Source of the DNA: Octopus vulgaris
Lineage: Eukaryota
NCBI GenBank assembly: GCA_951406725.2
Contig: OX597815.1
Coordinates: 56,916,001 to 56,980,000, forward strand
Length of the DNA stretch: 64,000 nucleotides
Direction: 5' to 3'
The notes below the pieces were generated by a model, which saw only the letters and a list, made by a program, of their open reading frames with translations, was not told the origin of the DNA and did no database searches. Positions 11,358-23,439 of this stretch are shown here, one piece after another. A program made the position numbers and the translations under genes. Positions within the stretch are counted from its first letter, which is position 1. Each line of letters begins with the position of its first letter.

Positions 11358-12635
11358 TTAAACAATTTGGAGACTTCCTTTAAGTTACAAAGTATGAGGT
11401 ACTTTTGCTCATGGACTCTTTTTCCATTTTTTTTTTACTGAATTTAATCCTTTTTTCTTGGCATAGCTCTGCTTACTTCATTTTTATAAATCCGAGAAAC
11501 ACAATTGGCAGTTTCTTGAGGAAATGTGCTTTTTCTATGGCTAGGATGTGATAAAATCTCTTGCTCATTGTCTAGCCATGTAATCAGGTATATTGAACTC
11601 CTTTGGGATTTTTCTGAAAGACCAGCTCTTTGGCAGAATTGTCAAAATTTGCAGTTTTTCTGATCCTTTTTCTGTTGTGAATTTTTCTTTTAACTGTTTC
11701 ATTATTTCACTTTCAGGGTGATGATCTTTTTCTTTTGATGATTCATTGACTTCCCTTCTATGATTTGCATCTTTTGAGCAAAAGCCTTTTCAAATTTTTT
11801 CTCTTTTTTCTCAGCATACATGATGGTAGTATCTATCTATTTTTTTTTTTTTTTTGGTGGGGAGATTCTCCAATTTCAGACAGAGCGTTGTTGAGGATCT
11901 CTAATTCTGCATTTTCTTCTATGAATACATTTGTTGATGAAGTCACTTCAGTGATAGTTGATGTATCATCTCTCATATATTCTATGATGGTTCAATTTGA
12001 AATGTGGGCAAAGTTTTTCTGCAAAAGTCACATATTTTTTGTCCTTGCTTTAGGATATTTTATTGCAAAATCTGCTGTTATTGTTCTTAAACCTGTTTTC
12101 ACAGGTGCTTTATGCTTTTTAAATGGGTCACAACACTTTTCTTGCTTAGCTAGAAAATCTTTCTTTTAATCCTTCTGTAACCAGGAATTAACTAAAATGG
12201 TCATATATATATATATATCTAATCGGAAAAAAAAAGAATTAAGTAATTTAATTAGGCTGTATAACGTGAATCATAGTCAAGAGAAGACCTTATAACTACA
12301 GCTCCCACTGAGATCCCAGTATGAATTTTTGTATGTGAGTTGGGACTAGGTAGGGCAATATCTGGACAAAGTTAAAAAAAAATCAATGACCACATCTTTT
12401 GACCTATGAAAGATCAAAGGTAAAGTTTTAGGTCAACTTTTTTACTTTTATTGTAAGGAAAACATTCACTACACAAAAGTTGTAGACCTATTTAAAGGCT
12501 TTAAAATGAAAAAAAAATAGACCTTTCTAGCTCCAATAGTAGCTGAGATATGACAGCTTTGTGTAACTGAAAAAAATGTCACTTTTTTGAAAATTTCAAA
12601 TATTGGAGTCAGGTAAAAAAAAATTTCATATTTAA

Positions 12636-13677
12636 CCCTTTCGTTACCAAACCGCCCGAAAAAAATTTTGGTTAATGTGACCAAGCCGCCCAAAACTGCC
12701 CGAATTTACCTATTCATATTTAAATGAGAATATCAGAGCAAATCTCTTTAGTACATTCATGAAAACACGTATTATACTTCGTAAAGAGTTCAACTACAGT
12801 TTTGTACAAAAATCGAAGTGTAATTTTAATTCCGTGAATTTTGGGAGACTTTTTTTCCGAAATTTGTTCCTATTGTGTTTTCAAAATTTGTAATTCTGAC
12901 AAAAAATGGATACGAATTTCATTATATCAAGCAGCGAGTCAGAATTCGAAGGATTTTCTACTGAAGACCTTCATAAATCTAACTCTATGACTGAAAAAAA
13001 AAAGCACGTGGTATTTGATAATGAATCTGATGTTTCATTTTCCAAAAGTGAAAACAGTGAATCCGAGAGCTCCGGCAGCAATAAAGAAAATGAATTGGCA
13101 CCTGAATGGAGTGAAAATTTAAAAACTGTTTCTTTCGGTGATTTTTCTGAAGAAACTGGACCAAGCCACAGACTTTCCCAGGAGAGTAAAGCCTTAGACT
13201 ATTTCTTTTTACTTTTTCGAATGAGCCTATTTGAAATCATTATGGCAGAAACAAACCGTTACGCTAAATGTAAACAAAAAGAATGAAATTAAGACTATTT
13301 TGCCATAAATATTATTATGGGTATCAGAAAGTTACCCAGAATAACAAATTCTATCGTAAAATTTTGTTGTATACCCAATTGAATATTAGCTAATAACCCA
13401 TTTTCTATAGCGATGTTTGAACAAAATTTTAATAATTTTATATTTTGTTGAATTTACCTGTATCTACCTGCAATTAGAGTCACTTTGTGACAAAAATTAT
13501 AGTATAGAATTGGTTGAGAACATTTCATTAAATTATCTTCCAAAATTCACGTTGATATATTGATAAATAAAAAAGTTATAGTTGTTTAATGAAACCAGAC
13601 TAAATTTATGATTACGTTAGAAATTAATTGAAACACATAAGGGGTGTATTTTGGTCAGAAATATAGTAATGAAAGGG
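12636..13677 (+). mobile_element. Internally deleted piggyBac element
   Basis: TTAA TSD at 12632-12635 and 13678-13681; TIR CCCTTTC(G/A)TTAC. ORF 12906-13286 has an acidic N-terminus plus 'ALDYFFLLF...ETNRYA', continuing out of frame as 'IIMGIRKLPRI' (PGBD-like N-terminus). No DDD core. Confidence 0.9.
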
Positions 13678-16192
13678 TTAAAGGTTTCATAAGAAGGCCA
13701 TTTAGCATGCAAAGTTTGAAAGAAACCAGTGTCAGTCACCTCCGGCACCTGCATTGATTTTGCATGAAACAACCCAGAAAGAGTATGTGCTACAAGGAGA
13801 GTTAAAATTGGTACTTACATGTTTGGAGATAGTAAAGAGATTCAGCCACATGTAGGGAAAATAATAAAGACTTAACATAATGAGCAAATGTGGAATAAAA
13901 CTTATGTTCACATGAGAAGAATATGTCATATAAATGGTGTAAAATAGCAAGCAATTCCCAACACCATAAATTACAAATGTGATGGTTAGCATTATATGGA
14001 GTATCCTCTCAAACTTTGGAGCAGGACAAAGTATAGGAAATGTCCTGGGACTTGAGGTAGTGTATATATATGTAGCTAGGGAAGTCGATAGTTTAGAGGT
14101 TCTACTTGAGAATGAGCTCAGGTGAGCCTGGTAGCAATACTTGAAATCAACAGTGTCACCAATGTAGACCCAAACCTGGTGGGAACATAGGGTTAGGACC
14201 CAACATATATCACATTATAGTGTAAACAAAATCCATCTAACAGACATAGTAGGGAGATCTGACAATTACAGGTTTTTCCCACTACTAGTGGGCTTATATT
14301 TAATCTGCTCCCATGCTGATTCACACAACCAGTTACCCCTGAGGTAGGACCGAAGGTGTTATCATTTCTAGTATGGAGCTGGGAGGGAGCATTACTATAG
14401 TCACAAGTTTATGGATACACAAACAAAGGGCAATGACACTAATATCACTGTTGTTAAAGTGGGTAAGATTCTTGAAACTTATAGTATTAGTATCTCCTAG
14501 GTCAGGGTAGGGGTCAGATGAGCAGTTCATAGAGCCCACAATAACGCAGCTGAGTTTGCATCTATGATAGATTCCCTTAGGGGTTGTAGAGTATGAGATT
14601 TGTTTAATGTGGGGTAATATTTATGGTGTGATGGGAAATCAGATCTTAGGATTTCAAAAAATGGCTTGGGTAAAGATTTTAGCTGAAGAGAGAATGGGGG
14701 TGCAAGCCATAAAATCTGCTTTCTGCTCCTGGAGGTTTTAAAATCTGGTGTAGCATTGGACTGGCCAACCTGGGGAGGTTGAAGATTATTCAACCTCTGG
14801 GACAGCCAGAATACTGGACAAGTGTTGACTGCAGGGCATTTTCTACTGACTTATTGTAAGGGTAATAGGCTTTAGCATGTAAGTCAAGAGTCACATCTAA
14901 GGAGTCAGCTACTTTATTACTGTTTTTGAATGAGATAGCTTATAATTTTTAAAAAACTTGTGGAGCACCTTCTAGATGCATTCAACAGACAACCAAGACA
15001 TATCTGTGGCTGTGAGGAGAAAATTGTCCTTGTATAAACCTCGAGATAGGCTAGGTATACATTGTATATTTGAGAGAGAAGAAAATGTCCAACCCAAGCA
15101 GAGTAACCCGAGCAGAGTCCAAGGAATCCATTGTAAAATCAAAGAGGTCTGTACAGGAATTACAGGACCAATATTTGTTATTAAAAGACAGAAGTGTTTT
15201 TATAGCTGCTAAGATAATGTTGATATCCAGCCAAGAGAGAAAGAAGCAAAAATTAGGGCCTTATTTAGTAGAATAGAGGATATGAAAACATAATTGTTCA
15301 ATATATCAAATTGAAAAAAGTATGCATGAGATTTTTTAGAAAGAGAGTGGAACCAGGTGATGACATCACCAGTGCTGATCTAAAGGGAAAGTTTAACTTT
15401 ATTCTTCACTAAGGACATAATCCATCCAATAATGCATTTAGTAATGTGACCCAAATTAGATTTAGTGGGACAAATAAACCTTCATTGAAGGCTTATGGTT
15501 CTTCAGAGTGAAGGGGAGGGGTCAAGGTGTATAAGATTCCATTCAGTCAAGTAGTCCAAGGTCATAATCAGCTTACAGTGGAGGTCATTGATATCCTTAA
15601 GATCATTTTGGTTAGCATGCTTATAATTCCTATGCAGTTCCTTGTTACAGGAGGGTACATAAGTTCCTGGTCTTAATATCATCATGTAACTGGTTACATA
15701 CCCATGACTTTTTGCACATTTCATCTGCAAATAATAATTATTATGATTATTACATAACTCTGGACCTCCTGAAACAGCTGTTGAGTTAAGAAATTACATA
15801 TTTTCTTTGAATTTTATTCTGTATTTTTTGTGCTCCATGTTAATATATCAAACCTAATTGTATTGACTTCCATTACTACCTCTCTCTCTCTCTCTTTATA
15901 CACACATACACACACATATATATTGGTGTTTTTTCCAGAAACTGTAGCAGAGAGTTTGTTTTGTGACTTGTGTTTCATGTCACTGCATTATTCAGGCAAA
16001 ACAAAGTCTCAGCTTCAGTTTCAATTAAAAAAAAAACATATTTTCTACACTATATTATTGAACAACCTTTTTCATACATTCAGTATAAAGCAACATGTGT
16101 GGGTGGGTGTATGTACATTAAGCAGCATACTAAATATATATATATGCACATTAAGCCACAAAGTGTGTGCGTGTATATATATATATATATAT

Positions 16193-16920
16193 ACAGGGTG
16201 CAATGAGTAAATTGTCGCCATTTTATATTTTTGATTTTGTCAACTACACAGTATAGTAGGGTCAGTTGGGCACTGTCTGAGAAAAACAGCACCATGACAC
16301 AATTTACTCTACTAGAAATTTGGAAATGACATGCTGTACTGCTTGGCATTCATGCTGGAAGCTCCAGTGCAAACATTTCAGAGTGTTTGGGTGTCAATCT
16401 GAGGATATGTACCGAGAGTGATAAAAATCAAACATCCAGTCAACATCATGGTGTTTGGAGTGATCACTAGTGATGGTGACATTATACCTCTATTTCTATA
16501 CGGCCTCAGACTCAACACAGAGGCCTACATTAAGTGCCTGGAGGAGGTAGTGCTGCTCTGGGTCAAGAAGGTGGCTGGTAGAAGACTATGTCTAGCAACA
16601 GGATTCTGCACCATACCACACAAGCAGGAGAACCCAGTCATGGCTGTCAGACAATTTCTGCAACCACATCACCCCTAACATCTGGCCACCTAACTCCCCA
16701 CACTGTAACCCACTTAATTGTTATGTGTAGGGTGCAGTTGAGTGAGAGACCAACTAAACTCCTTGTTACACCAAAGATGAACTGAAGGCAAGGATTATGG
16801 CAGCATTCACCAACTTAAACAAGGAGACCAACCAGAAGAGTCGCAGGAGATTCCGTAGTCGTTTGGAGGCCGTAGTTGATGCCAATGGCGAGTTTATTGA
16901 ATAGATTTACTCTTCAGTAA
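16193..16920 (+). mobile_element. maT/DD37D-type Tc1/mariner deletion derivative
   Basis: Starts TA-CAGGGTG. 'KHPVNIMVFGVITSDG...Y.KCLEEVV', then 'QQDSAP.H...IWPPNSP.CNPL'. Confidence 0.8.
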
Positions 16921-16924
16921 ATAC

Positions 16925-17738
16925 TTCATATTTAGCAAAAAAAATTAATTTTTTTAACTAAACAGTTTGAAACTTCGTATACTGGTGTAAGTTCTCATGC
17001 TGAACATGGTTTACTTCCAACATTTTATGACAAAATTTCTTATTTTAGAAGTTATTTCATATTAAAGTTGTGAAATTTGGCTAATTTTAACCAATCAACG
17101 ATGTGTATTCAGCTGAAGAATGCTACTGCTGTTTGCGATAGTAATTGAAGAGTAACAACTTCTGGGTCATCTGTATTAAATGTCACCATTCTGTTCTATT
17201 TCATTTTTGTTTACTGCCTGTTGCATATTACATGCTTTTTTTTGGCTTTTCGATTGCCTCTTTGTACATTTACCTGTGTTAATTTTGTGATTATTTTCAC
17301 CAATCTGTTGTATTTTATTTTTGTTTACTGCCTGTGTTGCATACTACATGCTTTGTTTGCTTTTCAATCACCTCTTTATACATTTGCATTTTCACCATTC
17401 ATACAAAGAGGCGATCAAAAAGCAAAATAAAAAAGGAAGTAAAGCGTGTAATATGCAACTCAGACAGTAAACAAAATTAAAAATAGAACAGAGTGGTGAC
17501 ATTTAGTAGAGACGACCTGGAAGTTGTTGCTCTTCGATTACTAGCTTTCTTCAGCTGAACACACGTCGTTAATTTGTTAAAATTATCCAAATACAACTTT
17601 AACACAAAATAACTTCTAAAATACAAATTATGTCAAAAATGCTGAAAGTAAACCATGTTCAGTGTGAGAAATTACCCCAGTATATGAAGTTTCAAACTGT
17701 TTGGTTAAAAATTATAATTTAAAAATCAGTGAGTGAAG
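16925..17738. mobile_element. ~800-bp foldback MITE with long TIRs and an internal duplication
   Basis: 16945-17270 is reverse-complementary to 17400-17720. A ~70-bp unit is repeated at 17200-17270 and 17314-17385. Confidence 0.8.
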
Positions 17739-17749
17739 CTGAAGAGATC

Positions 17750-18377
17750 CAGATGGTGTAAGTAAAGTGGGAGTCAACAACTTCATTGAAGAATTTAGTG
17801 TGAAGGCTGGAATACATCAAGGTTTAGTTGTCAGTCTCTTCCTCTTAATCATAGTCCTACAGACCATTACAGAGGAGTTTAAGGCTAGCTGTACATGGCA
17901 ACTCATATGTGCTGATGATCTAGTGCTCATAACTGAATCCAGAGGGAATTAGGGAGGAAATCCCAGTCATGGGAGATAAATTTGGAATTGTGAGGTATCC
18001 TAGTAAACTTAGCTAAGACAAAACTTTTAGAATGTAAGAAAGGAGACACTACCCTTGTACCTTTAGAGGAACAACTTTGCTTGATATGCCAAAAAGAAGT
18101 AGGTACAAATTCTGTATACTGCACTCAATGTAAGCTATGGACACACAAAAGATGTAGCAGAATCAAGCAGACTAACAAAGAGCATAAACTCTCTGTATGA
18201 TAGATGCACTGGAGTAGTATATTCTAGAACACCCTGGTGGTCTCTAAGGAAGCTAGAAGTAGAGGAATGGTTTGTTACAATGGCTTGTTACAATGATGCT
18301 ATGTACAATGATGGTGTCAGTAAGATGAGAGTCAGCCATGAATGCAGTGAAGAATTTAGCATACAAGTAGGGATTCA

Positions 18378-18380
<3 letters not shown>
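17750..18380 (+). mobile_element. Old RTE RT fragments
   Basis: 'EEFSVKAGIHQGLVVSLFLLIIVLQTITEEF...ADDLVLI' plus the following Cys-finger remnant; a second short fragment lies at 18255-18380. Confidence 0.75.
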
Positions 18381-18445
<65 letters not shown>

Positions 18446-18569
18446 TGTACCTTTACAGCAAGACACCTGTTTCTATCTCTCTTGTCATACTCTAACCTTT
18501 CATTTTCTGACACAATATCACCTCCTCTCTCAAAGATTTGTTGTCTTGCAAGTTTCTTGGTGACCCTGC

Positions 18570-18846
18570 CACTGCTGGTGCCATGTAAAAAGCATCCAGT
18601 CTGCATTGTAAAGCAGTTTGTATTTAGAAGGGCATTCAGCTGTAAAAACCATGCCAGAACTGACCTCTTCTCTGCTGATGCCACCTGAAAAGCACTGTCC
18701 ACTTAGCGAGGTGGTTGGTGAAGGGTATCCAGTCATAAAACCCATGCCAAAACTGTCACAGAAGTCTGGTGCAGTTTTCTGCCTGACCAGTTCCTGTCAA
18801 ACCTTCCAACCCATACCAGCATGGAAGGTAGACATTATATGATGAT
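18570..18846 (+). mobile_element. Diverged RTE-tail/SINE copy
   Basis: GGTGCCATGTAAAAAGCA...GAAGGGCATTCAGCTGTAAAAACC...CCAGCATGGAAGGTAGACATTATATGATGA. Confidence 0.6.
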
Positions 18847-18949
18847 ATATGTCCCAAATGCATCAGCTTTTTGAGGTCATTTTTATGAATTTAGAAAAAG
18901 ATGCATAGCTCATAAAAGAAAAGCTGTATATAAAAACAAGTTGGTACAA

Positions 18950-19960
18950 AAAATCTTGAGAATCCTTTTATCACACCTATTCAATGAATTCACTGTTAGT
19001 GTCAATGACTGCTTCAGTACAGAGTTGGAAACAGTGACATCCTGAATCAGATGATTGTTATCAATTTTGAACATAGTGCTCGTTATGGCAGTCTTGAAAG
19101 ATTGTATGATGTTATGGAGGTGTTGATTGGCCTCTCTCTCGACTTATGCCTCATGTTAATTGAGGTCTGGTGAGCTAGGAGGCCGTGTATCTGGGAGAAC
19201 ATGATCATAGAAATTGGCATTAATCCATACTTGAATTGTCCTAGCCTTATGAGATTGTGCAGAGTCTTGTTGGAAGACATACTATCTTCCATTATGTTCT
19301 CTCTCCAACACCTCCGTGTAGACAGCAACATTGACTGTGAAAAACAGTGAGGAGGTATGACATCTCTGTTGTTGCTGATGACTCCCAGAATTATCACAGT
19401 TGCTGGGAACTTATATGCATGATCATTTGAACCTTATTTGGATTTCTGCATTACCATCTGTCATTCCTTCAGTTTACCTTTTGGTCCTGATTGAAGTTTT
19501 TCTCATTGGTGAAAAACTAAAGCATTCTAGCCTCTTGATGCTTTAACTTGTTTTGCAAGTGCTTTGCATGCGTTAAACAATTCTTTCTTGCCACATTTAT
19601 CATTAACTGACTCCTCCACATCACAAATGACTTGTACCAGATGCCCTCATGCACAACTCTTCTGAGGATGCACTCTGAAACCTTGAGATCCTTTGCAATG
19701 GCTCTGAATGACTTTCCAGGGATTTTGTCAATTATTTCTTGGACTTTTTGTACATTTATGTGTTCTGGTGATATTAGGATCCTGTGCATATGTTTTGTGT
19801 TTAGTTGCTGATGCTAGATCCCTGTCAGTAGCTTCCAGTTCCTTTTAAACTTTGATAGTGAAGGATTGGGCAGCATTCAGGAAGCAAGCTATCTCTGTAT
19901 CACTATGCTGTGCTTTTAAGGCAATGATCACAGTATAGCTTTTCATTTACTGAATCAACG
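18950..19960 (-). mobile_element. Second maT/DD37D-type transposase relic
   Basis: 'VQEIIDKIPGKSFRAIAKDLKVSE..RRVVHEGI.YKSFVM' and 'MIILGVISN..DVIPPH.F'. Confidence 0.75.
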
Positions 19961-20267
19961 TGAGGTCTGACATTATTTATCTAAAGTTTGAAGAAAGTTC
20001 TGAAAAGAGGTATCCACTGGCAGAGAGACATTACTGTTATCTCTAGTGTCTGAGCATCTACCATTGACAAGATCAGGGAAGGCTGAAATCACATGAGTGG
20101 GTGTCACTGGCAATATAAACAAGAATGCTTTTATGCACTGAAAGCCAATATGAGAGTTTCTCTCATGGTAACTATCACAGTCTTCTATGTTGTAATGCAA
20201 CATCCATTTTTAAGTGGGAATAATTATTACCTTTTGCTATTAATACTGTTTATGTTGCTAATAGTTA

Positions 20268-20308
<41 letters not shown>

Positions 20309-20489
20309 ATCTGCATGCACACACATGCATTGTGTTTATACACAAAAAGGAAAGGCTGGTTATGAGCTGCTAGGAGAACAAAACGTATGTACTTCAAAGA
20401 GTTAGCAGTAAAGCAGGATGGGCAAGAGAAGGGGATAAAATGGTCCATACACATTATTATTTTCTTAATAATATAGAGCTGCAAACACA

Positions 20490-20830
20490 GCCATTACTGT
20501 TGAACACTAGATAGAAACTACTGAAGGATTAACAGGCTAATTGCTCCTAATGGAAATATATATTAAAGTAGTAAATATAGTGATTGCTATTAAATGCTAG
20601 ATGAAAACTACCAAAAAAATTAACAAGCTGTTTACATCTAACAAAAAGCATATTAAGGCTGTAAAAATTTCAATTGTTATTAAACACTAGACAAAACTAT
20701 CAAAGAATTAGCAAATCATTTACTACTAATGCAGATATGTATTAGGTCTATAAAATTAGTGATTGCAATTAAACACTAGACAAAAACTACTAAAAAATTA
20801 ACAGGCTATATAACACTAATGAAATTATGT
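20490..20830. repeat. ~90-bp minisatellite, about 4 diverged units
   Basis: Recurring GATTG(C/T)TATTAAACACTAGACAAAACTA..AAA.AATTAACA.GCT; an orphan unit occurs at ~21815-21870. Confidence 0.65.
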
Positions 20831-20914
20831 ACTATTTACCAGAAGCTGCAGCAGCAATAATAATGATGACCAGACTACCTGTGACCCATTGAGTCACCAA
20901 TAATTCAAGATACC

Positions 20915-21440
20915 CGAAAAACCACATATCTCAGGAACCTGTGGTCCAATTCACACAAAACTTGTTTTATTCTGTTTGTAATCACATTTCAATGGTATCT
21001 TACTTTCAAAGCATTTTTCTTATTATGTGCTGGTGTGGCTATTTATAAATGTACCTAAAAAAATGCATATCTTGGGAACTCATGGTCCGATTTACGCAAA
21101 ACTTGTTTTATTCCGTTTGTATTCACATTTCATTGAAACCTTACTTTCAAAGTATTTTCTCATTATGCGCCAGTTTGGCTGTATTACATTACAGACAAGT
21201 ATGCACACAAGCAAGCATGCAAACAAAACTATCCAGGTGTTCACAGTAAAGGGCAATAACTCCAGGTTTCACTGCTTAAATTTGTGGAAACAAACCCCCA
21301 AAAAACGCATAACTCAGGAATCCACAGTCTGATTTACACGAAACTTATTTTATTCTGTTTGTATTCACATTTCAGGGGTACTTACTTTCAGCTTATTTTC
21401 TCATCCTGCATTGGTTTGGCTGTTTTAAATTACAGATAAG
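20915..21440. repeat. Three ~130-bp direct repeats (TE subterminal-type)
   Basis: CATATCTC.GGAAC...CCGATTTACAC.AAACTT.TTTTATTC.GTTTGTATTCACATTTCA at ~20925, ~21065 and ~21307. Confidence 0.7.
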
Positions 21441-21444
21441 CAAC

Positions 21445-21591
21445 TACACTCTCGGAGTGGTTGGCGTTAGGAAGGGCATCCAGCCGTAGAAATTCTGCCA
21501 GATCAAGATTGGAGCCTAGTGCAACCATCTGGTTCACCATTCCTCAGTCAAATCGTCCAACTCATGCTAGCATGGAAAGCGGATGCTAGAC

Positions 21592-21625
<34 letters not shown>
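21445..21625 (+). mobile_element. RTE 3'-tail copy with (GAT)n
   Basis: Near-identical to 28186-28352. Confidence 0.85.
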
Positions 21626-21626
<1 letters not shown>

Positions 21627-22099
21627 CAATTATATAATCAAGCAATCACAGACTTTTAGTATAATATAGATAGATGATAAGCACAGTGGTTGTCATTAAG
21701 CTGAGGAGAAAGAGGGTGATGTAAAATGATTGATTTGTGGGATTATATATTAACAAGACTCAAAACTCAGCTGAAATTGTTGATACTTGCTCACTGTCTT
21801 CCTTAGTAAGATTGAGCTGTAAACTGATTTTCAGCAAATGCTCGATGAAAACTACCATTAACAAGCTATTCAATATTTGTGTGCATAAATATAACTGTAT
21901 GTATGTGTATGTATGCTGATATTCATGTATATATACATGTGTAAATATTTGTACCTGTTTCTGTGTAAATATGTGTGGGTGTATGCAATATGTAAATATG
22001 AGTACATATATGTATATAAGTCAGTATGTATGGATTTATGCAGGTATTTGTATATATGTACATGTGTATGTTTCCCAACCACATGTATGTATGTATTTG

Positions 22100-22290
22100 T
22101 GTGTCTGTGTTTGCCCCCCACCATCACTCGACAACCAGTGTTGGTATGTTTACGTCCCTGTGGTTTCTCAAAAAAGACCGATAGAATAAATACTAGGCTT
22201 ACAAAGAATAAGTCCTGAGTTTGTTTTGTTCAACTAAAGGCAGTGCTCCAGCATGGCCACAGTCAAATGACTGAAACAAGTAAAAGAATA
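22100..22290 (+). mobile_element. 3' half of tRNA-SINE family A
   Basis: Homologous to 22860-23050; ends CTAAAGGCAGTGCTCCAGCATGGCCACAGTCAAATGACTGAAACAAGTAAAAG. Confidence 0.8.
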
Positions 22291-22310
22291 CACACACACA
22301 CACACACATA

Positions 22311-22500
22311 AAGATGAGCTGGCAGAATTGTTAGCACACCAGACAAAATGCTTACTGGTATTTTGTCCATCTTTCTGTTCTGAGTTCAAATGCCACCGAG
22401 GTTGACTTCACCTTTCATCCTTTCATGGTCAATGAAATAAGTAGCAATTGACTAACCCCTTCCCCCAAATCTCAAGCCTTGTGTCTATAGTAGACAGGAT
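22311..22500 (+). mobile_element. tRNA-derived SINE family B
   Basis: GAGCTGGCAGAATTGTTAGC...GAGTTCAAAT...CCTTTCATCCTTT..GGTCAATGAAATAAGTA; same family as the 51205-52680 array. Confidence 0.75.
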
Positions 22501-22502
22501 TT

Positions 22503-22567
<65 letters not shown>

Positions 22568-22570
22568 CAT

Positions 22571-22610
<40 letters not shown>

Positions 22611-22694
22611 ACACACATACATACATACAGTCATAGATTGGCTAACCAAAAACTCAGATTTTTCAATTCTATTTTACTATTGTTCTATTTTACT

Positions 22695-22818
22695 CATGGT
22701 TCCGGGTTCAGTCCCACTGCGTGGCATCTTGGGCAAATGTCTTCTACTATAGCCTCGGGCCGACCAAAGCCTTGTGAGTGGATTTGGTAGACGGAAACTG
22801 AAAGAAGCCTGTCGTATG

Positions 22819-22851
<33 letters not shown>

Positions 22852-23060
22852 TTGTGTGTCTGTGTTTGTCCCCCTAGTATTGCTTGACAACCGATGCTGG
22901 TGTGTTTACGTCCCCGTCACTTAGCGGTTCGGCAAAAAGAGACCGATAGAATAAGTACTGGGCTTACAAAATAATTCCCGGGGTCGATTTGCTCGACTAA
23001 AGGCGGTGCTCCAGCATGGCCACAGTCAAATGACTGAAACAAGTAAAAGTAAAAGTAAGT
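22695..23060 (+). mobile_element. tRNA-derived SINE family A with internal microsatellite
   Basis: B-box-like GGTTCAGTCCC, CCTTGGGCAA-like core, internal (TA)/(TG) tract and (GTAAAA)n tail. Confidence 0.85.
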
Positions 23061-23439
23061 ATTATCAACATTTGCTGTTTCGTTAAATTATGCTACCCAA
23101 ATCCGAAAAGAATATTTTTCTCCCTCTTGTTCTGACCACCTTAACTCTGGTACCCCCTCTCTCTCTCTCTGCCTCATTCTGTCTTTCTCTCTCTCTCTCT
23201 CTCTGCCTCACTCTGTCTCTCTCTCCCTCGACCTCACTCTGTCTCTCTCTCTCTTTTGATTACCACTCTTTTTGCCAATACTTCTTCCTCCACCACCACT
23301 CCACCCTATATAAACTAGCACATGCACTCGGATTCCCCTTCTCGATTTTTTTAATACCTCCACCGAAAGAATCCATACCCAGAAGATGCTCTCATGTAAA
23401 TTTGCTAGTTCACGGCACACCCGCCCTCTCACCCCCTCC

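Larger units (their letters stand above)
8845..13775 (-). mobile_element. Sola2-like DNA transposon relic with ~380-bp TIRs
   Basis: Left TIR 8870-9250 is reverse-complementary to 12355-12635 plus 13682-13743. Transposase remnants: 'CCDPFKKH', 'LCNLKEV..FK..KFAELRPK..THNVCVCTIHQN', 'NYSFILQD..FH...QATMHPFV', 'FSDGAASQYKN', 'ATSQGKGLCDGLGG'. The superfamily call is from motif recall and the exact ends are uncertain. Confidence 0.75.
8332..15841 (-). mobile_element. Penelope-like element 1 (RT + GIY-YIG), interrupted by a Sola2-like transposon, with inverted partial pLTR at its 5' end
   Basis: RT motifs 'FTLKNHKP..RFICPTKSNLG' and 'STGDVITWF..FQFDI' (15300-15560); 'RSRKQILWLAPPFS' (14527-14793); GIY-YIG 'WVYIGDTVDFK..YQAHLSSF' (~13950-14240). 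pLTR 8332-8510 is reverse-complementary to 15683-15841. Possible TSD AATATATC (8324-8331 and 15842-15849). Confidence 0.85.

Noticed and set aside
20490-21440. CRISPR-like array
   Set aside because: Units are long, diverged and lack unique fixed-length spacers; the context is eukaryotic with no cas genes.
21870-22790. ORFs rich in YI/HT/CV dipeptides
   Set aside because: These are translations of (TA)n, (CA)n and (TACA)n microsatellites; the same applies to similar ORFs elsewhere.
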